The notes under the pieces are model-generated. The model had not been told where the DNA came from, made no database searches, and saw only the letters and a list, made by a program, of their open reading frames with translations. Source: an uncultured Succinivibrionaceae bacterium (GTDB lineage: Bacteria > Pseudomonadota > Gammaproteobacteria > Enterobacterales > Succinivibrionaceae). Taken from it: 64,000 nt of DNA. Below, piece by piece: positions 35,079-43,076 of the stretch (its first letter is position 1; every line of letters starts with the position of its first letter). The stretch spans positions 1,674 to 65,673 of the forward strand of contig CALXNX010000002.1 of assembly GCA_944389865.1 (NCBI GenBank), in the 5' to 3' direction. Both the position numbers and the translations under genes were made by a program.

Positions 35079-35654
35079 TTAATATCGCCACAAACCGATG
35101 CCGGCGCCGAAGCCGGTGCCGCCCCAGCGGGGTCCCGGCCGGTACATCGGCAGCTGATAGGGGCGGTAGTAAGGATAGATGCGCGAGTTGACCGGATACG
35201 GGCGCTCTTTAATGTCCTGATAATCCTTTGCAGTGCCGACCGGCAGCGGGGCCGGGCGATCGCCGCCGGCAGGCGGAGCGCTCAGCTCCTGCGCTTTGGC
35301 ATAGGCGCGAGCGGTTACCTGCTTTAAATAATCAGGTGCGGCGCTGTTAAGCGGCCTGCTGTCATCGTAAGGGCCGGAGGCTAAGGGGACAGCCCCGGGC
35401 TTTGCCGGCAGACCCTGATATGCTCCCATTAAATCGAGCTTTTCATCTTTCCCGTCTTTCTTATCAGCCTCATTCTGCGTTACTGCATCCTCAGGCGCCG
35501 CCGCAGCGGTATTTTCAGCGCGTTCCTGCACCTGATAGTCGTAATCGATGCGGTAGTTCTCGGCAATATCGGAAGTGCAGGCGCAAAACAGCACGGATGC
35601 GGCGAGCAGTGCGCCGGTGCGCGGCAGGGCGGTGGTCAGAGTCTTCAGCAGCAT
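35079..35654 (-). CDS. Hypothetical lipoprotein with a Tyr/Pro/Arg-rich C-terminus
   Basis: The ORF was trimmed to MLLKTLTTALPRTGALLAASVLFCAC (lipobox). No family was recognised. The tail reads YPYYRPYQLPMYRPGPRWGGTGFGAGIGLWRY. Confidence 0.5.
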   Translation of the reverse strand: MLLKTLTTALPRTGALLAASVLFCACTSDIAENYRIDYDYQVQERAENTAAAAPEDAVTQNEADKKDGKDEKLDLMGAYQGLPAKPGAVPLASGPYDDSRPLNSAAPDYLKQVTARAYAKAQELSAPPAGGDRPAPLPVGTAKDYQDIKERPYPVNSRIYPYYRPYQLPMYRPGPRWGGTGFGAGIGLWRY

Positions 35655-35913
35655 TGTCTGATCTCCTTGAAAAAGGCAGCTGGTCTTAAGCAAAGTATAG
35701 GGCAAATTCCTGGACGCGGTGTTTGGTTTATCCCCTGCAGGCTGCGTTTATTTTGCAACAAAGGGCGCAAAGCGCGCTGCCATGCGCTCTGCAGCAGCTG
35801 ACCTGATCTCAGGCATCTTTTATGCAAAGCTGGTCACTGAAGAAAAAACCTGCATAAAAACAAAATGATAAAGTGCAATGTTAAAATAATTGCAGAATTC
35901 CATGAAAATTTTG

Positions 35914-35941
35914 TTGACAGGGTAAAAATTGCCTTTATAAT
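35914..35941 (+). promoter_or_regulatory. Consensus sigma70 promoter of the tRNA operon
   Basis: TTGACA (35914-35919), a 16-nt spacer, then TATAAT (35936-35941). An AT-rich UP-like stretch lies upstream and a GC-rich discriminator (gtgcaccg) lies downstream. It is about 75 nt before the first tRNA. Confidence 0.6.
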
Positions 35942-36015
35942 GTGCACCGTTCCTTGCAGCGAACGACGAAAAAAGTTCAGAAATGATCTGCAGGAGCTTA
36001 GATGCGTAGGGCTAT

Positions 36016-36091
36016 AGGGGTATAGCCAAGTGGTAAGGCAACGGGTTTTGATCCCGTCATTACCCTGGTTCGAGTCCAGGTACCCCTGCCA
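36016..36091 (+). tRNA. tRNA-Gln (anticodon UUG)
   Basis: It folds by hand as a cloverleaf. The acceptor stem is aggggta/tacccct, the anticodon arm is acggg-TTTTGAT-cccgt, and the T-arm is cctgg-ttcgagt-ccagg. CCA is encoded. It is close to E. coli glnU/W. Confidence 0.9.
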
Positions 36092-36107
36092 TCTAGGGAA
36101 AATTTAT

Positions 36108-36184
36108 TGGGGTATAGCCAAGTTGGTAAGGCAGCGGATTCTGATTCCGCCATTTCCAAGGTTCGAGTCCTTGTACCCCAGCCA
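36108..36184 (+). tRNA. tRNA-Gln (anticodon CUG)
   Basis: The acceptor stem is tggggta/tacccca, the anticodon arm is gcgga-TTCTGAT-tccgc, and the T-loop is ttcgagt. CCA is encoded. Confidence 0.9.
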
Positions 36185-36190
36185 CAGCGT

Positions 36191-36267
36191 GGCTACGTAG
36201 CTCAGTTGGTCAGAGCGCGGCACTCATAATGCTGAGGTCACTGGTTCAATTCCAGTCGTAGCTACCA
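36191..36267 (+). tRNA. tRNA-Met, elongator (anticodon CAU)
   Basis: The acceptor stem ggctacg and the D-arm gctcagttggtcagagc match E. coli metT/metU. The anticodon loop is CTCATAA. It lacks initiator features (no C1:A72 mismatch, no GGG/CCC anticodon stem). Confidence 0.88.
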
Positions 36268-36289
36268 ATCCTCTTCATTTCCTTCCCAT

Positions 36290-36366
36290 TGGGGTATAGC
36301 CAAGTTGGTAAGGCAGCGGATTCTGATTCCGCCATTTCCAAGGTTCGAGTCCTTGTACCCCAGCCA
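36290..36366 (+). tRNA. tRNA-Gln (anticodon CUG), second identical copy
   Basis: Its sequence is identical to 36108-36184 on reading. Confidence 0.9.
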
Positions 36367-36485
36367 ATTCCTCTTTGAATTTTCACTTTGATTTTTAATT
36401 TCGCACGCTTTGCGTGTCTGCACCCTCAATGTCGGCGCTTGAGACGGAGGGACGCTGTTATGCCCAAGGTCCTGGGCACAGCAGG

Positions 36486-37163
36486 CTAAGGATGGGGGCA
36501 GTGACTGCGCAGATGCAGATAGATTACATCGCGCGAGATCTGCAGAATTTCGGCCACGCGCGGCACTGAGCGGCGCAGCTTGAACACGCCGGCCTCATGC
36601 AGACGCAGGATGATTTCCTTGGTCTTCTGGCGGGGAGGGATGTGCGGATCGGATGCCACCTCAGCCTGGATCTTCTTGACCTGATTGAGCAGCAGATCGT
36701 CGATATCCAGGGCAAAGTGCTCCGAATCGAGCTCTGCGGACGCCGGCTCAGAGAGCAGGATCTCCGCCCACTCATGCAGCGGGGTAGAGACATCGAAGTT
36801 GATGCACAGCATGCCGATGGGCTGCCCGGCGGTGCCGCGGATCACCGTGGTGGAGGAGCGCATCTTGTGCCCCTGCGCGCTGGTGGTGAGGTACAGACCG
36901 CTGTTATCCCGGCCGGTGCGTTCGCAGTCGCGCAGCACGGTGAGAGCTTTATCGGTCACCGGCGAGCCTAACTGCCGTCCGGTTTTGGCGCCATTGTGGA
37001 TGCAGATCACCGAGTGACTGAGATCTTCAAGACTGTGCAGCACCGCCTCGCAGCTGCTGCCGAAAACCAGGCCCACCGCCTGCACAATGCCTTTATAGCC
37101 CTCTAAGATCTGCCGGTCGATGGGGGTCAGGGTGACGCTGTGTTCCATTTTTTGACTGGTCAT
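36486..37163 (-). CDS. YheO/DauR-like transcriptional regulator (PAS-like sensor plus C-terminal HTH)
   Basis: The pattern LEGYKGIVQAVGLVFGSSCEAVLHSLEDLSHSVICIHNG...TGR is typical of the YheO-like PAS domain. The C-terminal sequence VPRVAEILQISRDVIYLHLR is an HTH. Confidence 0.8.
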   Translation of the reverse strand: MTSQKMEHSVTLTPIDRQILEGYKGIVQAVGLVFGSSCEAVLHSLEDLSHSVICIHNGAKTGRQLGSPVTDKALTVLRDCERTGRDNSGLYLTTSAQGHKMRSSTTVIRGTAGQPIGMLCINFDVSTPLHEWAEILLSEPASAELDSEHFALDIDDLLLNQVKKIQAEVASDPHIPPRQKTKEIILRLHEAGVFKLRRSVPRVAEILQISRDVIYLHLRSHCPHP

Positions 37164-37234
37164 AATGCTCCTTGAGCTGACGACTGCGGCCGCTTACGCG
37201 GCCGCAGCATGGTAAGTTTTAGGAATGCAAAGAA

Positions 37235-38416
37235 TTAAGCGTGCAGCGCGCGCTCGATGCGCTCCACGATCTCCTGGAGCATCGGACGCGGCTCAGCTAA
37301 ATTAAAGCGCATAAAGCCGGCAAAGTCCATGCCGAAATGCGAGCCCGGATAGACCTCCACGCGCGCTTTATTAAGGAAGAAGCTGAACATTTCCTGCTCG
37401 GTACTAAATACCTCGCGAAAATCCATCCATAACAGATAGGTGCCTTCACGGCGCAGGATCCTGAGCTTGGGGAAGAGGCGCATGAACTCCCGGCGAATAT
37501 AGCTTTCACTCTGGTCAATATAGGCATTGACCGCCGGCACGTAGTCAGCGCAGCGCTGATAGACCGTCTTGAGCACTAAATTGGCAAAGAGATTGGGATT
37601 ATGCTCGCCGATGCGCTGCATTTCCCGGTTAAAGGCCGCTCGGATGTGCTGATTGGGCACAATCAGGTAGGCTGCCTGCGCGCCCATCACATTAAAGGTC
37701 TTAGCCGGAGAATTGGCCACGATCAGGCGCTCACGCAGCTTCTCGTCCGCAGCTTCCAAAATCGAGTGGAAGATGCAGCCTGCCTTCACGAAATCGGCAT
37801 GGATCTCATCGACAAAGAGATAGAGCTCATGGCGCACGCAGAAGTCCGCAATTTCCTTTAACTCCGCGACGGTCCAGCAGCGGGTGGTCGGATTGTGCGG
37901 ATTGACCAGGATCATGAAATGGGTCTTTTCCGTGATCTGCGCCTCTACCGCCGGCAGGTCGAGAACAAAGCTGTCGCCCTCGGTCTTCAGCGGTGCCTCC
38001 AGCACAAAGCGGCCGTTGTCGCAGGCGGCCTGCTTTAAAGGCGGATAGGCCGGCGCGTTCAGTATCACTTCATCACCCGGGCGTGTCAGCGCTTCAATGC
38101 ACAGTCCGCAGGCAATATTGATGCGCGGGGTAAAGAGCACTTCCTCAGGGTCAACCTTGATGCCGTGGCGGCTATGATACCAGGCGCAGATCCCGGTAAA
38201 GCAGGCCGGGTTTAAATCGGTATAGCCGAAAATGCCGTGACAGGCAGCGTCCTTAAAGGCCTGACAGATTTCAGGTGGCGATTTGAAATCCATATCGGCG
38301 CAGCCTACATGGATTAAATCAGTGCCGCCGTAGATCCGGTCAAAAGTATCCCATTTGGCGCTGTCGGTGCCCCGGCGCACGGCCGGGGCGTCAAAAAAGC
38401 TGGAATCGTACTGCAT
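37235..38416 (-). CDS. PLP-dependent C-S lyase (MalY/PatB cystathionine beta-lyase family aminotransferase)
   Basis: The ORF was trimmed to MQYDSSFFDAPAVRRGTDSAKWD. It then carries ADMDFKSPPE, NPHNPT and SPAKTFN (PLP lysine region). The ATG overlaps the nhaC stop (TAATG). Confidence 0.85.
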   Translation of the reverse strand: MQYDSSFFDAPAVRRGTDSAKWDTFDRIYGGTDLIHVGCADMDFKSPPEICQAFKDAACHGIFGYTDLNPACFTGICAWYHSRHGIKVDPEEVLFTPRINIACGLCIEALTRPGDEVILNAPAYPPLKQAACDNGRFVLEAPLKTEGDSFVLDLPAVEAQITEKTHFMILVNPHNPTTRCWTVAELKEIADFCVRHELYLFVDEIHADFVKAGCIFHSILEAADEKLRERLIVANSPAKTFNVMGAQAAYLIVPNQHIRAAFNREMQRIGEHNPNLFANLVLKTVYQRCADYVPAVNAYIDQSESYIRREFMRLFPKLRILRREGTYLLWMDFREVFSTEQEMFSFFLNKARVEVYPGSHFGMDFAGFMRFNLAEPRPMLQEIVERIERALHA

Positions 38417-39846
38417 TAAGCCTGCTCCTTTTTGGGCAGCTTGGAAATGCCGATGCCGGTGGCGGCCCAGATCACCGCAAAGATCATGCCGGTGTAGTTT
38501 AAGAAAGCCCACGGCAGATATTCAAGGGTCGGTACGCCCAGCATGGTAGCCATGTAAACGCCGGCGGCAGTCCAAGGCAGAATCGGCTCGACCACGGTGC
38601 CGGCGTCCTCAGCGGTACGGGACAGGTTGGTCGGAGCCAGACCGAACTTCTTATAGGTCTCCTTAAACATTTCACCGGGCAGGAGCACGGACAGCTGACC
38701 GTTGGAGGTAATGCCGCAGATAAGCACGGTGGAGATTAAGGTGGTGACGATGAGGCGGAATACCGACTTCACGCCCTTTAAGAGGGCGGCGATGATGATC
38801 TCCAGGGAGTGCGCTGCTGACATGGCGCCGGCTAAGGTGAAGGCGCAGAAGCAGATCACCAGGGTGCTCATCATCGCGACCATGCCGCCGCGCTCCAGGA
38901 GCTTGGAGACGTCAGCCGGGAAGGCGGCTACGGCTTCCTGATTGGGGATCATCGAGAGCTTGAAGCCGCCGATCACGGCCTCGCAGATCTGGCTTAAGTT
39001 AAAGCCCTGGAAGCAGAAGGCGCACAGCATGGCCACGGCGGAGGCTAGGAACAGCACCGGGATGGTAGGCTGACGCATAATGGAGCCGGCCAGCACCAGC
39101 ACCGGGGGCAGGAGCACTAAGAGATTGAAGTCATAGACGGCCTCTAAGGAGGTGGTGATCTCGATAATGCGCTGCGGGGTATCGATGTGACCGATGTGCT
39201 GAGTCAGACCGATGGCGGTATAGGCGATGCAGCAGATGATAAAGCCCGGGCCGGTGGTCCAGAACAGATGCGCAATATGGGCATAGAGCGGCGAGCCGGC
39301 TGCAATGGAGGCTAAGTTGGTGGAGTCCGAGAGCGGGGAGCACTTATCGCCGAAATAGGCGCCGGAGAGCACCGCGCCTGCGGCAACCGGCAGGGATAAG
39401 TTCAGGCCGACGGCCACGCCCATCAGAGCCACGCCGATGGTGCCGGCCGAGCCCCAGGAGGTGCCGGTGCAGGTGGCGGTCAGCGCGGTGAGCAGGAAGG
39501 CGGCGACGTAGAAGTAGGACGGATCGATGTACTTTAAGCCGTAGTACACCATCATGGGGATGGTGCCGCCGATCATCCAGGCGCCGATCAAAAAGCCTAC
39601 CGAAATTAAGATCAAAATTGCCGGCATGGCTTTGGCCAATTTCTCGACAATGGCGTCCAGGATGTCGTTCCAGGTATAGCCGTGGAAGTAGGCAATAGCG
39701 GCAGCGACGGCTGCGGAAAGCAGAATCATCGGCTCAGCGCGCAGATTGAGAGTGATATAGCCCACGCCTAAGAACAAAATCATGCCCAGGACGGGGACAA
39801 AGGCCCAGAACAAGCTCAAGGGCTTCTTTTCTTTGGTTGTCTGCAT
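38416..39846 (-). CDS. nhaC: NhaC-family Na+/H+ antiporter or metabolite transporter
   Basis: It has about 12 TM helices. The N-terminal region (GYTWNDILDAIVEKLAKAMPAILILISVGFLIGAWMIGGTIPMMVYYGL) is characteristic of NhaC. Confidence 0.88.
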   Translation of the reverse strand: MQTTKEKKPLSLFWAFVPVLGMILFLGVGYITLNLRAEPMILLSAAVAAAIAYFHGYTWNDILDAIVEKLAKAMPAILILISVGFLIGAWMIGGTIPMMVYYGLKYIDPSYFYVAAFLLTALTATCTGTSWGSAGTIGVALMGVAVGLNLSLPVAAGAVLSGAYFGDKCSPLSDSTNLASIAAGSPLYAHIAHLFWTTGPGFIICCIAYTAIGLTQHIGHIDTPQRIIEITTSLEAVYDFNLLVLLPPVLVLAGSIMRQPTIPVLFLASAVAMLCAFCFQGFNLSQICEAVIGGFKLSMIPNQEAVAAFPADVSKLLERGGMVAMMSTLVICFCAFTLAGAMSAAHSLEIIIAALLKGVKSVFRLIVTTLISTVLICGITSNGQLSVLLPGEMFKETYKKFGLAPTNLSRTAEDAGTVVEPILPWTAAGVYMATMLGVPTLEYLPWAFLNYTGMIFAVIWAATGIGISKLPKKEQA

Positions 39847-40304
39847 AATAGTTTCCTTTATATGAGCGGCTGAGGGTCAGCCATAGCTCCGTATTTTACT
39901 GCCCATCATCAATAAAAAGTTGAATATGCTCAAAGAAATACAAAATTTTGTGCAATTTCAGCAGGAAAGTATTTAAATCAACAGTTAAGTTGAGAATAAA
40001 TCTATTGATTAATAAGAATATTTAATTTTACCCTCAGATCTTTACTCCACCATTTGTCCCCGTTTTACCTGCATATTTCTCTCTAATGGCGGTTGTAATG
40101 GGATGTTTTACTCAATTTTTTATGGATTGTGCTTTTCTAGTGCATTACGGTTCCGCTCCGGAAGTCTGTTTGGGCTCCGGCGGGGATGGTTCTGCGGGCG
40201 GGCGCGGGCTTTTTAGCCCCGGCGCATTGACAAGCGCAGACGGCGCGGCTTTAATGAAGAAAGAATTTAGTTTTTCATGCGCTTAACCGCAGTTAAGGAT
40301 ATTT

Positions 40305-40637
40305 ATGCCCCGCATTGATCTGCAGACTTTGGCAGCTTTGCTTGATGATGTTGAACTGGAGCTGCGCCGCCTGGGCTATTGGCGCGGCGCGGAGGGCCGC
40401 CCGGACAAACAGGCATTTTTAAGCACCATGCCTTTCTGCCTGGATACCATGGACTTTTATCAGTGGCTGGAATATGTGCTGCTTGAGCGCCTGCGCGCGC
40501 TCATTACCGCCGGCGGACCGCTGCCTGAGCAGCTGGCCGTCGCCCCGATGGCGCAGGAATTTTGGCGCGGGCGCTGGAGCGAGCATAAGGAGCTTATCAT
40601 GGCTCTGCGCGCCCTGGACGATGCTTTCAAGCGCTGA
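40305..40637 (+). CDS. yqcC: YqcC family protein (DUF446)
   Basis: It is 110 aa. The pattern LELELRRLGYW...PFCLDTMDFYQWLEYVLLERL matches YqcC as I recall it. Confidence 0.7.
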   Translation: MPRIDLQTLAALLDDVELELRRLGYWRGAEGRPDKQAFLSTMPFCLDTMDFYQWLEYVLLERLRALITAGGPLPEQLAVAPMAQEFWRGRWSEHKELIMALRALDDAFKR

Positions 40638-40654
40638 CAGAGATCAGCAAATTA

Positions 40655-40670
40655 AGGCACTGTTTTTGCT
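40655..40670 (+). promoter_or_regulatory. Sigma54 (-24/-12) promoter candidate upstream of flhA
   Basis: aGGCACtgtttTTGCt compares well with the consensus TGGCAC-N5-TTGCW. GG (40656-57) and GC (40668-69) are separated by exactly 10 nt. It lies about 70 nt upstream of the flhA ORF start. Confidence 0.5.
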
Positions 40671-40740
40671 TTTGTCTGATCTGAATGGTTAAATGTGAAA
40701 ACCGCAGTAACAGAGCATCACCGTCTGCAGCAGTGAGAAC

Positions 40741-42948
40741 ATGTTTGAGAAGATAAAAAGGCGGCTCAAAACGCCCGCCGTCGTCAGCACCTTTTTAGCT
40801 AAGGCTAAAGCTAATCCGCAGGTCCAAAAGGGGCTGCAGATAGGCTCTACGGCCTATAAAAAGGCGGCGATGTTCAAAATGGGCACCCCGATCCTGGTTT
40901 TAGCCTGCCTTGCCATGATCACGCTGCCGATGCCGCCGCTGCTCCTTGACATGCTGTTTTCACTCAATATTTCGCTCTCCATGGTGGTCCTGCTGGTTGC
41001 CATTTATGCCAAGCGCCCCCTGGACTTCGGCTCATTCCCCACGGTGCTGCTTTTAACTACCATTCTGCGCCTGTCCTTAAACGTGGCCTCCACGCGCGTG
41101 ATCTTAATTCACGGCCAGGAAGGCACGGCCGCGGCCGGGCACGTGATTGAAGCTTTCGGTCAGGTGGTGATGGGCGGCAGCTACGTGGTCGGCATCATCG
41201 TGTTCTCCATCTTGATGATCATCAACTTCGTGGTGGTGACCAAGGGCGCAGGGCGCATCTCAGAAGTGACCGCCCGCTTTACTTTGGATGCCATGCCGGG
41301 CAAGCAGATGGCTATTGATGCCGACTTGAACGCTGGTCTTATCAATCAGGAGCAGGCCAAGGAGCGCCGCCAGGAAGTGACCCGCGAGGCTGATTTTTAC
41401 GGCTCCATGGACGGCGCCTCCAAATTCGTTAAAGGCGATGCCATCGCCGGCCTGCTGATTTTGGTGATCAATATCGTAGGCGGCATCATCATCGGCTCGC
41501 TGCAGCATGGGCTGCCCTTGGCCGAATGCGCCCGCATCTATACCATTCTGACCATCGGCGACGGTCTGGTGGCGCAGATCCCCTCGCTCCTGCTCTCCGT
41601 GGCCTCCGCCATCATCGTGACGCGGCAGACCAATACTGAAAAGGAAATGGGTCAGCAGGTGACCAGCGAGCTCTTTGCTGAGCCTAAGACCTTATATATT
41701 GTAGGCGCCGTGCTCTTTGTCATGGGCATTGTCCCGGGCATGCCTACCTTTGCGTTTCTTTCCTTTGCGGCCATTGCCTTTACCATCGGCAAGATCATAT
41801 CCCGGCATAAAAAGAAGCTGGCGGCGGACAGCAAAAAGAGCGAGCTTAAAGGCGAAGTGCTCCCGGCCCCGGAGCAGAAGGAGCTGTCCTGGGATGATGT
41901 CTCTGAAGTTGATGTGGTAGGGCTTGAAGTAGGCTACCGCCTCATTCCCTTAGTCGATAAGGCCCAGAACGGCGAGCTTCTGGGCAGGGTTAAGGGCGTG
42001 CGCAAGAAGCTCTCGCAGGATCTGGGTTTTTTAATTCCGCCGGTGCATATTCGCGATAATCTTGATTTAGGGCCCAACTTCTACCGTATTACCTTGATGG
42101 GAGTGACCTTCGGCGAGGCGGAGATCCAGCCCGAGCGCGACATGGCTATCAACCCCGGGCAGGTGTTCGGGGAGATTAACGGCCTTAAGACGGTTGATCC
42201 GGCCTTTGGTCTGGAGGCGGTGTGGATCGCCAAGAGTGATAATGACAAGGCCTTGGGCCTGGGCTACACCGTGGTGGACTGTGCGACGGTAATTGCCACC
42301 CATCTGTCGCAGATCCTGGCCAATAACTGCGCGGTGCTCCTGGGGCAGGAGGAAGTGCAGAACATCCTCGATATTGTGGCGCGCACGCAGCCTAAGCTCG
42401 TCAACGGTCTGGTGCCGGGCGTAGTGAGCCTGGGGCTTTTAACTAAAATTCTGCAGAACTTATTAAATGAAGGCGTGCCGGTGCGCGATATGCGCACCAT
42501 TCTTGAGACCCTGGTGGAGTATGCGCCCAAATCGCAGGATCCTGAAGTGCTGACCGCCGCCTGCCGCATCGGCCTGCGCCGCCTCATCCTGCAGGACATC
42601 TGCGGCGGCGCCAATCTCATCCCGGTGATCACGCTGGCCCCGGATTTAGAGAAAGTGCTGCATAAGTCCTTAGAGACCGGCGGCGCTTCCGGCATCGGCA
42701 TTGAGCCTGGACTTGCCGACAGACTGCAGAAGTCTTTGTATGAAGCTACCGCTACTCAGGAAATGCAGGGCGAGCCCGCTATTCTGCTGACCTCCGGCAT
42801 CCTGCGCTCGACCTTGTCGCGCTTTGTCAAAAATACCATCCCGGGTCTGCGCGTGCTGTCCTATCAGGAGATCCCTGATGACAAGCAGATTAAGATCGTC
42901 TCGGTAGTAGGCAGCGGAGCACCGGGGCAGCTGGAGCGCGGCGCTTAA
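40741..42948 (+). CDS. flhA: Flagellar type III export gate protein FlhA
   Basis: The motifs LPMPPLLLDMLFSLNISLSMVVLLVA, FHxxxGG region and ARFTLDAMPGKQMAIDADL are present, and there is a large cytoplasmic C-domain. The start may be the internal Met at about 40870. Confidence 0.95.
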   Translation: MFEKIKRRLKTPAVVSTFLAKAKANPQVQKGLQIGSTAYKKAAMFKMGTPILVLACLAMITLPMPPLLLDMLFSLNISLSMVVLLVAIYAKRPLDFGSFPTVLLLTTILRLSLNVASTRVILIHGQEGTAAAGHVIEAFGQVVMGGSYVVGIIVFSILMIINFVVVTKGAGRISEVTARFTLDAMPGKQMAIDADLNAGLINQEQAKERRQEVTREADFYGSMDGASKFVKGDAIAGLLILVINIVGGIIIGSLQHGLPLAECARIYTILTIGDGLVAQIPSLLLSVASAIIVTRQTNTEKEMGQQVTSELFAEPKTLYIVGAVLFVMGIVPGMPTFAFLSFAAIAFTIGKIISRHKKKLAADSKKSELKGEVLPAPEQKELSWDDVSEVDVVGLEVGYRLIPLVDKAQNGELLGRVKGVRKKLSQDLGFLIPPVHIRDNLDLGPNFYRITLMGVTFGEAEIQPERDMAINPGQVFGEINGLKTVDPAFGLEAVWIAKSDNDKALGLGYTVVDCATVIATHLSQILANNCAVLLGQEEVQNILDIVARTQPKLVNGLVPGVVSLGLLTKILQNLLNEGVPVRDMRTILETLVEYAPKSQDPEVLTAACRIGLRRLILQDICGGANLIPVITLAPDLEKVLHKSLETGGASGIGIEPGLADRLQKSLYEATATQEMQGEPAILLTSGILRSTLSRFVKNTIPGLRVLSYQEIPDDKQIKIVSVVGSGAPGQLERGA

Positions 42949-42980
42949 ATACCGGCGCTAAATTCGCTACAATCTAAATA

Positions 42981-42996
42981 AGGCATTGTTTCTGCA
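42981..42996 (+). promoter_or_regulatory. Sigma54-like promoter candidate upstream of flhF
   Basis: aGGCATtgtttCTGCa has GG (42982-83) and GC (42994-95) 10 nt apart. It shares the core GGCA-TGTTT-TGC with the flhA candidate. It lies about 80 nt upstream of flhF. Confidence 0.4.
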
Positions 42997-43076
42997 TCAA
43001 AGCCTGCAGCATGCCGCGCAGCTGTAAGGCTGCACCTCGCAGCCCAGGGCTGCGGCCGGTTAACGGAGTTTAAGTT

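Noticed and set aside
40086-40286. 66-aa plus-strand ORF in the nhaC-yqcC intergenic region
   Set aside because: It has no ribosome-binding site. Its composition shifts from an AT-rich start to a Gly-rich tail, and it has no recognisable family. It is probably promoter-region noise.
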